From contig NZ_JAWJZI010000003.1 of the NCBI RefSeq assembly GCF_033022775.1, positions 441,185 through 465,184 on the forward strand: 24,000 bases of DNA, written 5' to 3'. The position numbers and the translations under genes were made by a program. This document shows, piece by piece, positions 17,806 through 24,000 of the stretch (positions within the stretch are counted from its first letter, which is position 1; every line of letters starts with the position of its first letter). The DNA comes from Photobacterium rosenbergii (GTDB lineage: Bacteria > Pseudomonadota > Gammaproteobacteria > Enterobacterales > Vibrionaceae). The notes under the pieces were generated by a model. That model had not been told where the DNA came from. It made no database searches and was given only the letters and a program-made list of their open reading frames with translations.

Positions 17806-17820
17806 AAATTCAATGAATTT
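17806..17820 (-). promoter_or_regulatory. Perfect palindrome AAATTCA-A-TGAATTT between the two CRP sites; candidate CytR-type operator
   Basis: This 7-1-7 perfect inverted repeat is centred at 17813, 4 bp from the midpoint (17817) of the two CRP sites. The CytR assignment is by position only. The half-site differs from the E. coli TGCAA motif. Confidence 0.35.
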
Positions 17821-17835
17821 CAAATTTCATAAAAT

Positions 17836-17851
17836 AGTGATTGAGATCACC
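17836..17851 (-). promoter_or_regulatory. CRP site, distal (AGTGA-TTGAGA-TCACC), udp promoter
   Basis: It matches 8 of 10 positions of the CRP consensus. Its centre is 53 bp from the proximal site centre. Confidence 0.55.
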
Positions 17852-17977
17852 AAAAATCGTTTGCGCGTGCGGTTTATCACACTATTTTTTCTCATAGAGT
17901 TAGCAGATAATAACAGCCTATTTATCCCAAAAACTGCACTACCCAGTCAGTATAGTTAACTGCAAGGAAGTTACTTG

Positions 17978-18601
17978 ATGATCGACTTCGCCATTTTGGC
18001 TGTATTTATTCCCACTTTCTTTTTCGTCTCAGTAACACCCGGTATGTGCATGACACTTTCTATGACGCTCGGAATGACAATTGGCGTGCGCAGAAGCCTG
18101 CCGATGATGTGGGGAGAGCTCATTGGTGTGGCACTGGTGTCCATCGCCTCGGTCATCGGCGTGGCCGCGATTATGCTGAACTACCCAGCTGTCTTCTTGC
18201 TTTTGAAATATCTCGGCGGCGGTTATTTGTTCTGGCTGGGAATCCAGATGTGGCGCTCTCGAGGCAAGTTGGCCATTCCGGATAACCTCGATGAAGAAGT
18301 CGATACCTCCCCAATTGGGCTGGCGATGCAGGGCTTTGTTACTGCCATTGCTAACCCTAAAGGCTGGGCATTTATGATTTCGCTCTTGCCTCCTTTCATC
18401 AATACCGACAATACTCTGGTACCGCAATTATCAGTGCTGATCACTATTATCCTAATCACAGAGTTTAGCTGCTTGCTACTTTATGCAAGTGGTGGCCGTA
18501 CCCTACGCCGTTTCCTGCAGCAGCGCGGCAATGTCCAGATGCTAAACCGTATCGCAGGCTCCTTGATGATGGGGGTTGGGGTATGGCTAGCAGCAGGATA
18601 A
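17978..18601 (+). CDS. LysE/RhtB-family amino-acid (homoserine/threonine-type) exporter
   Basis: The protein is about 207 aa with six hydrophobic segments. The N-terminus MIDFAILAVFIPTFFFVSVTPGMCM and the motif ANPKGWAFM are typical of the LysE/RhtB family. The ATG at 17978 has AAGGAAG 7 nt upstream; the ORF track starts at TTG 17975. Confidence 0.8.
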   Translation: MIDFAILAVFIPTFFFVSVTPGMCMTLSMTLGMTIGVRRSLPMMWGELIGVALVSIASVIGVAAIMLNYPAVFLLLKYLGGGYLFWLGIQMWRSRGKLAIPDNLDEEVDTSPIGLAMQGFVTAIANPKGWAFMISLLPPFINTDNTLVPQLSVLITIILITEFSCLLLYASGGRTLRRFLQQRGNVQMLNRIAGSLMMGVGVWLAAG

Positions 18602-18613
18602 AACGTGTAATTG

Positions 18614-18642
18614 TTAGGCTTCCCTGAATAAAGGAAGCCTAA
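18614..18642. terminator. Hairpin between convergent genes, possibly a bidirectional terminator
   Basis: The 10-bp stem is TTAGGCTTCC/GGAAGCCTAA with a 9-nt loop. There is no clean T-tract on either side. Confidence 0.45.
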
Positions 18643-18668
18643 TCAAATCCAAGTTTTATCGGTAAGAG

Positions 18669-19439
18669 CTAACTCTTAGGCTGGTAAACATACGGCGTTG
18701 TGGTGGAAACAAACACAAAGCCATGCTTTTCAACAATCGGCCTGCTCATTTCAGAAGCATCAATAATCAAATATTGTTTGCCCCTCTCTTTGGCTTCATT
18801 GATTCGCTTGTTGAGCAACAACGAATAATGCCCCCTTCCACGGTATTCAGCGATAGTACTACCACCCCAGATCCCCGCAAACGGGCTCTTAGCGTTATAC
18901 ACTATCCAGGCCGAGGTGACTGGTTTGCCATCCTCATACACTACGTAGATAGAGAGTTCATCTGGGGTTTGGGTCTTCATATTGAGCAAATGGGCATATT
19001 GCCATTCGTAATTTCTGCCCCATACTTGCTCCTGGACACTGACTGCATCTCGGATCCCTTTGGCGTCAATGACTTCAACAATCCGGCTCTCATCAACCTC
19101 ACGCTCGGAAGCAGCTAAGAGATCTAGCGCCATAAATGACTCTGACTCTTCTTGCTCGAAACCATTGCTAAGTAACAGCTCACCAATATGGCTCGGTTCA
19201 TCGGTAGAATAGGTTTTCCACTCAAACGGCTTACCGAGTGAGTAAAAGTAAGCCATCTCCTTTTCTACCGCCGCCTGGGCGGATTGTTCTGTGAGAGAAA
19301 AATAGGAGATGTAGCTTCCTTCAGGGCTGTCAGAAACAAACTTAATCACACCATCCGTATCAATGACCTTTCCACCAATAGCATTGATCACTTTTCTTTC
19401 ATGCTCGTTGTAAGCATGCATAACATCCGTTGTATTCAT
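18669..19439 (-). CDS. GNAT-family N-acetyltransferase
   Basis: The C-terminal acetyl-CoA binding region reads GIWGGSTIAEYRGRGHYSLLLNKRINEAKERGKQYLIIDASEMSRPIVEKHGF. The protein is 256 aa. Confidence 0.8.
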   Translation of the reverse strand: MNTTDVMHAYNEHERKVINAIGGKVIDTDGVIKFVSDSPEGSYISYFSLTEQSAQAAVEKEMAYFYSLGKPFEWKTYSTDEPSHIGELLLSNGFEQEESESFMALDLLAASEREVDESRIVEVIDAKGIRDAVSVQEQVWGRNYEWQYAHLLNMKTQTPDELSIYVVYEDGKPVTSAWIVYNAKSPFAGIWGGSTIAEYRGRGHYSLLLNKRINEAKERGKQYLIIDASEMSRPIVEKHGFVFVSTTTPYVYQPKS

Positions 19440-19728
19440 GAAGTCCTTGTCTCTGATAAGTGTTCACATTATAAAAACGTTAGGGGTTAACTGTTGTTTT
19501 GAACAATAAAGGCGGGACTTTTAACTCAAGCACGGCGCTCTCCTTGGCCAATAATGAAAATATCTATACCCTAACGTGGCTAGGCTTTTCTAGCACGTTA
19601 GTGACAGCATCTGCAATATCTTCCATTACTTTTACGCGAGATAGTTTCACCTGTTAAATCTCCGGGCTACAAGCTTGTTAACAGATTTCGCGTCACTTCA
19701 TAGTTTACGGTAATATGCCTTAAATCAA

Positions 19729-19746
19729 AGGCACCTTCAGGTGCCT
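19729..19746 (-). terminator. Rho-independent terminator of the chemoreceptor gene
   Basis: The stem is AGGCACC/GGTGCCT with loop TTCA. On the minus strand it is followed by TTTGATTTA, and it lies 16 nt downstream of the stop at 19762. Confidence 0.55.
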
Positions 19747-19761
19747 ATCGTTAGCTGTAAG

Positions 19762-21894
19762 CTAGCTTGTCGAAGAGACTTCGAACCGATCAACCAGCTG
19801 ATGCAGTCGAATAATCGAGTTTTTCACCAAAGTTGTTCGGCGTGTTAACTGCTGCGAGGACAACTCGAGCGATGACATACTATTCTGCGCCTTTTCTGCT
19901 GTCTCACTATGCCGCTCGCTGGTGGAAGCAATGACATTAATAGTCTGGAACATAGAGTCCACGGCTTGCTGCAGCTTGTCACTGCGCTGGCTTGAATCCA
20001 ATATCATCGAGCTTTGCTCGACATTATGAACGCCCTGCTCCATATAGCTGACCGCTGTTCTGGATTGGCCCCGCAACTTACTTACCGTTTCACCTATATG
20101 GTTGGCGGCGGTTGATGTTTTGGTGGCAAGGTTCCTCACTTCATCGGCCACTACAGAGAACCCTCGGCCATGCTCGCCCGCCCTGGCAGCCTCGATAGCC
20201 GCATTCAAAGCCAATAAGTTTGTCTGCTCGGTAATTTCAGAAATAAGCCGGACCACCTCTTCGATATGCTTCATCTCGTCGTTAATTTCGTTCACGCTAT
20301 TTGCCGACGCTTTAACGATGTCTTTGATTTCCTGGGTATTGCTTACCGCTTGTTGATATTCTTCTTGTGCCGACTCGACCATATTCTGCATCAGTTCTTG
20401 CAACTGCTGTGCGGATTGCTCTGCTTTTTGGATTTCAGTTTGCTGATGGCGGGTCAAAGTTAACAGGGAGTCAATAGAGCCTGAGGTTTGAACCGTGCAA
20501 TCATCGACTACGGTACAGCGGCGTAGCATTGAATTACTCACCTGTTCAACTTCATTGGACGCAAAGATAATGCCACCAACCACGCCTTCGAGGTTATCAA
20601 TAAAACTGTTGATCCACCGCCCTAAATCCCCGGTCTCATCAGGATAAAACTGCTGGCTATCAAGCCGGCGCTTCAGATCTCCATCACCTTCCGCAATGGT
20701 TTTGATCACCCCTGTCATTTGTTCCAATTGCCTGACCATTGGCTTGGCAACCATATACTTAAACACGCCATAGCCAATCAACAATGACATGGTCATCATC
20801 AGGCCTAAAGCCGGGCTCCCCAATGACATATAGTGCGCGAGCAGTAATGGGGGCACAACGGTAAACAACCAAATCAGCGCGTATTTATTACTCAGTTTCT
20901 TGGAAAGGGAGCGGTGACGGTAGACCTCTTCCAAATCGGCTTCGCACATCATCCCCCAGCGGTCGGGAGAGCCGCGAAGCTGGAATGTCACCCCCTTCCC
21001 GATTACCGGAATATGCCGGTAGTCAGAATAGCCGGGGTATTCCACATACAGGTTTTCACCTTTAGCAATCGTCTCCCTGACACCTGGATGCAACTTCTTG
21101 GTCGCCGGATCGGTGAAGACGATTTCAAACTCAGTATGTTTATCTATCTTGACTGCACCCCAGTCAGTCCCGATACCCGATTTCAGATTCTCTCCATGAG
21201 AAAACGTACTGTCTTCAAATCGCGAACGAGAAAGGGCTGTTCCAGGCTGTATTGACGAGTCAAAATTCGAATCCACCATAAAAATGTAGTTATCACCCGA
21301 CTCACTATAGATATGCCCGGCTTCTCGCTGGATAAGATCTCCCAGCACATCATTCGGAACGCGGCCACATAGGCAGCCGATAAAAGTGCCTGACACTTCT
21401 ATAGGTTGATAGAACATCAATGTGACTTCATCATGGAAACTTGAACTTGAAGCGCCCGGCGCCAACGTTTGTTTATCTATATACGGTCCATGCAAAAATT
21501 GTTTTGCACATCCTTGAGTCAAAGCATCTTGTTGGCGATGCGTTTGGCCAGTATGAGCGGAAAAACTACTTGCCGTGATCATGCCGTCGGCATTGACGAT
21601 AAATAGCTCTGAAAAGTCATTATTTCGTTTTAGCAATTGTGCCAACACGCTAGGCTGCTCTTGTGCCGGTTTAGTCGCGAGGTAGAACATCGCATCTTGC
21701 AGGAAGTCCCACTGTGTTTCGGTCCAAGTATGGAGCAGTCTTACCCGCGTGTTCGAAATACTGTCGAATGTCTCTTCAAGGTAAGAGATTTTATCCCGGT
21801 TTAACCAGCATGCTTTGCGCATCGCCAGCTTACCGTTAGGGCCAAAAATAGGGAGCCAGTTCTTTTCTTGCTGTGAAAGCTGCATTGTATCCAT
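19762..21894 (-). CDS. Methyl-accepting chemotaxis protein: N-terminal sensor domain of about 335 aa with no leading TM, then a TM hairpin, HAMP and the signalling domain
   Basis: The conserved signalling hairpin is [40 protein letters not shown]-like segment follows two adjacent TM helices ([19 protein letters not shown] and [20 protein letters not shown]). There is an in-frame TGA 4 codons upstream of the ATG at 21894. Confidence 0.9.
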   Translation of the reverse strand: MDTMQLSQQEKNWLPIFGPNGKLAMRKACWLNRDKISYLEETFDSISNTRVRLLHTWTETQWDFLQDAMFYLATKPAQEQPSVLAQLLKRNNDFSELFIVNADGMITASSFSAHTGQTHRQQDALTQGCAKQFLHGPYIDKQTLAPGASSSSFHDEVTLMFYQPIEVSGTFIGCLCGRVPNDVLGDLIQREAGHIYSESGDNYIFMVDSNFDSSIQPGTALSRSRFEDSTFSHGENLKSGIGTDWGAVKIDKHTEFEIVFTDPATKKLHPGVRETIAKGENLYVEYPGYSDYRHIPVIGKGVTFQLRGSPDRWGMMCEADLEEVYRHRSLSKKLSNKYALIWLFTVVPPLLLAHYMSLGSPALGLMMTMSLLIGYGVFKYMVAKPMVRQLEQMTGVIKTIAEGDGDLKRRLDSQQFYPDETGDLGRWINSFIDNLEGVVGGIIFASNEVEQVSNSMLRRCTVVDDCTVQTSGSIDSLLTLTRHQQTEIQKAEQSAQQLQELMQNMVESAQEEYQQAVSNTQEIKDIVKASANSVNEINDEMKHIEEVVRLISEITEQTNLLALNAAIEAARAGEHGRGFSVVADEVRNLATKTSTAANHIGETVSKLRGQSRTAVSYMEQGVHNVEQSSMILDSSQRSDKLQQAVDSMFQTINVIASTSERHSETAEKAQNSMSSLELSSQQLTRRTTLVKNSIIRLHQLVDRFEVSSTS

Positions 21895-22035
21895 CCATAT
21901 ACATCATCCTATTGTTTTAAATGCAAAAAAAATACCAAGCTCTACAGTTTGTCATTTTATGGATTGATAGTAAAAGATAGGGGCAACCCACTGAAAGAAG
22001 TGATAAAAAACTTAGAATGGACACTCTTAGTCTAA

Positions 22036-22067
22036 ATTGGTGCATCACATAGAAGCGACGCACCAAT
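22036..22067 (-). terminator. Possible weak terminator hairpin downstream of zntA
   Basis: The 8-bp stem is ATTGGTGC/GCACCAAT with a 16-nt loop. On the minus strand it is followed by TTTAGAC. The large loop and poor T-tract lower confidence. Confidence 0.3.
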
Positions 22068-22093
22068 GTTGATCAGAACGAACAGGGCTAACC

Positions 22094-24000
22094 TTATTCC
22101 TTGTATTTAAACTTGAGCAAGCGCAGTGCATTTAGGGTAACCAAAGCCGTAGCGCCGCTATCTGCCAATACCGCCACCCACAAACCTGTCATGCCTAGTA
22201 AAGTGGTGATCAAGAAAACACCTTTCAGCCCCAAAGCCAGGAATACATTCTGTTTGATGTTAGCCAATGTTGCTTTGGATAGCGCGATCATCATTGGCAG
22301 CTCAGCAACGCGGTTATGGGTCAAAGCAGCATCGGCAGTTTCCAACGCCACATCAGTACCACCGCCCATCGCGATACCAATCGAGGCCGTTTTCATGGCT
22401 GGTGCATCGTTGATACCATCACCGACCATAGCAACATTGGCGCGCTGATTGGCAAGTTCCACATGCTTCACTTTATCTTCCGGCAACAGGCCCGCTTCAA
22501 AAGCAATACCGATTTCCCCGGCTATTGCAGCCGCTGCACGCGGGTTGTCACCGGTCAGCATCACTGAATGGATACCCATGGCCTTAAGTGCTTTCACTGC
22601 CTTGGCACTGTCTTCACGCAAGTTATCACGCCAAGCAATCAAGCCAACGGGTACTGCGTTGCGAAGAGCAACAACCAAGGTTTTCCCCTCGCCTTCAAGG
22701 TGGAAAGCTTGTTCTACTTGCTGCGCAGATAGCGCCACACCTTCAGGCAAACGGTCTGCCGCAACCAGCATCAGGATATCGCCATCAGTGTTGCCTTGGA
22801 TCCCCCTGCCCGGCAGCGCTTGGCGCTCTTGAGCTTCTTCAACATTCAAACCACGCTCTTTCGCCGCATTAACGACTGCCTGGGCCAACGGGTGAGCCGA
22901 CCCCATCTCTACCGCTGCTGATTGTCGCAGCAAGCGTTGCTCATCACCGTCCCAGCTAACAATATCTGTCATCACAGGTTTACCCTCGGTCAGGGTACCG
23001 GTCTTATCAAATGCCATGGTTTCAATTCTACCGAGCTGCTCCAATGCAGCACCGCCTTTGATTAATGCACCACGGCGCGTTGCGGCAGCCAAACCAGAAG
23101 TAATTGCAGCCGGGATGGAAATAACCAATGCACACGGACAGGCAATCAACAACAAGGTTAAGCCTTTGTATAGCCACTCATCCCAAGCCTGACCGAAAAG
23201 TATTGGCGGGATCACCACCACCAAGGCAGCCAGTACGATCATCGCCGGGGTGTACCAGCGACTGAACCGGTCGACAAAGCGCTCTAGTGGCGCCTTACGC
23301 GATTCTGCATCTTCAATTAAGTGAAGGATGCGGTCGATGGCGTTTTCGCCCTGCTCAGAGATAATCCGCAGGCGTACCACTTTATCAGCCACCAAGGCAC
23401 CGGCCATCACTTGCTCACCCGGTAAGCGCTCGACCGGAACAGACTCGCCCGTCAAAGCACTTTCATCTAAACTGGCTGCCGCATCCATCAATTCGACATC
23501 AGCAGGTAAACGCCCACCCGGTGCCACCTCGATAATATCGCCCGGCTTAAGCTCACTCGCCGAGATCTGCTCTTTGCTACCGTCCGCCAATACACGGCTG
23601 GCTTTTTCCGGTACCAAAGCCATCAGCGCCTTTACACCGCTGCGGGCTTTCGCTGATGCATAGCCTTCTAATTGCTCACCGATAAGGAAAAGCAACAATA
23701 CCATCGCCGCTTCGGCAGTTTCACCCAAATAAAGCGCGCCAATAGCTGCCACACTCATCAGGGTTTCAATAGAGAATGGCGAACCACTTTTCGCAAGCTT
23801 AATGGCTTTGCGGGCAATCGGGAACAGGCCAACTAAGGTCGTGGCAGTAAACGCGGCTAACCCCATAACCTCTGATTGTTTGCTAACGATGAAAGAGACC
23901 ACCATCATCATGGCAATCATCAAAACTGGCAGATTTTCTTTCAACCGGTTGGCAGGCTTCTCATCTTCTGATACCCCACCAACAGTAAATAACTGGAAGC
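22094..24000 (-). CDS. zntA: Zn/Cd/Pb-translocating P1B-type ATPase, 5'-partial; the N-terminal metal-binding domain lies right of the window
   Basis: Motifs present are the CPC motif (IACPCALVIS), DKTGTLT, HPLAQAVV, GDGINDAPAM and the C-terminus ALRLLKFK. The protein is near-colinear with E. coli ZntA as I recall it. The frame stays open from 23944 to nt 24000 (..FQLFTVGGVSEDEKPANRL..), so the TTG at 23944 is not the real start. Confidence 0.9.
   Translation of the reverse strand, partial: FQLFTVGGVSEDEKPANRLKENLPVLMIAMMMVVSFIVSKQSEVMGLAAFTATTLVGLFPIARKAIKLAKSGSPFSIETLMSVAAIGALYLGETAEAAMVLLLFLIGEQLEGYASAKARSGVKALMALVPEKASRVLADGSKEQISASELKPGDIIEVAPGGRLPADVELMDAAASLDESALTGESVPVERLPGEQVMAGALVADKVVRLRIISEQGENAIDRILHLIEDAESRKAPLERFVDRFSRWYTPAMIVLAALVVVIPPILFGQAWDEWLYKGLTLLLIACPCALVISIPAAITSGLAAATRRGALIKGGAALEQLGRIETMAFDKTGTLTEGKPVMTDIVSWDGDEQRLLRQSAAVEMGSAHPLAQAVVNAAKERGLNVEEAQERQALPGRGIQGNTDGDILMLVAADRLPEGVALSAQQVEQAFHLEGEGKTLVVALRNAVPVGLIAWRDNLREDSAKAVKALKAMGIHSVMLTGDNPRAAAAIAGEIGIAFEAGLLPEDKVKHVELANQRANVAMVGDGINDAPAMKTASIGIAMGGGTDVALETADAALTHNRVAELPMMIALSKATLANIKQNVFLALGLKGVFLITTLLGMTGLWVAVLADSGATALVTLNALRLLKFKYKE

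Noticed and set aside
21895-22093. Sigma28 (TAAA-N15-GCCGATAA) or sigma70 promoter upstream of the chemoreceptor gene
   Set aside because: I found no acceptable match to either consensus at sensible spacing, so no promoter is reported.

Overview
This 24-kb window looks like an accessory-rich chromosomal region of a marine gammaproteobacterium. The Vibrionaceae-like guess is only an inference from the strong resemblance of Udp, ZntA, Maa and CyaB to enterobacterial and Yersinia proteins and from gene content. I support 22 protein-coding genes. I saw no rRNA, tRNA, CRISPR array, transposase, integrase or integron attC site.

Gene order, left to right:
(1) A 5'-truncated reductive-dehalogenase-like operon: rdhA-like, 3-TM rdhB-like anchor, NosR/PceC-like FMN-binding rdhC-like gene, a coupled 74-aa membrane ORF and an AraC regulator.
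(2) A LysR regulator divergent from a maltose-O-acetyltransferase-like gene, followed by a class IV (CYTH) adenylate cyclase and a convergent VOC/glyoxalase gene.
(3) A tightly packed six-gene minus-strand operon: tetR, LolA-like periplasmic protein, two paralogous FtsX/MacB-type permeases, ABC ATPase and an outer-membrane barrel. A perfect 8-1-8 palindrome sits at its predicted promoter.
(4) A small secreted protein convergent with an 858-aa YgjK/GH63-like lipoprotein glycosidase.
(5) A 769-bp AT-rich non-coding region with a repeated ATCACAGT octamer.
(6) udp, with tandem CRP sites 53 bp apart, a centred palindrome (CytR-type architecture) and a leader containing a perfect 16-bp inverted repeat.
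(7) A LysE/RhtB exporter, a GNAT acetyltransferase and a chemoreceptor with no N-terminal TM helix, so its sensor domain is predicted cytoplasmic.
(8) zntA, truncated at the right edge.

The best candidates for under-described biology are the rdh-like operon and the TetR-controlled LolA-like/LolCDE-like/OMP module. All functional calls rest on motif recognition by eye; no database search was possible.
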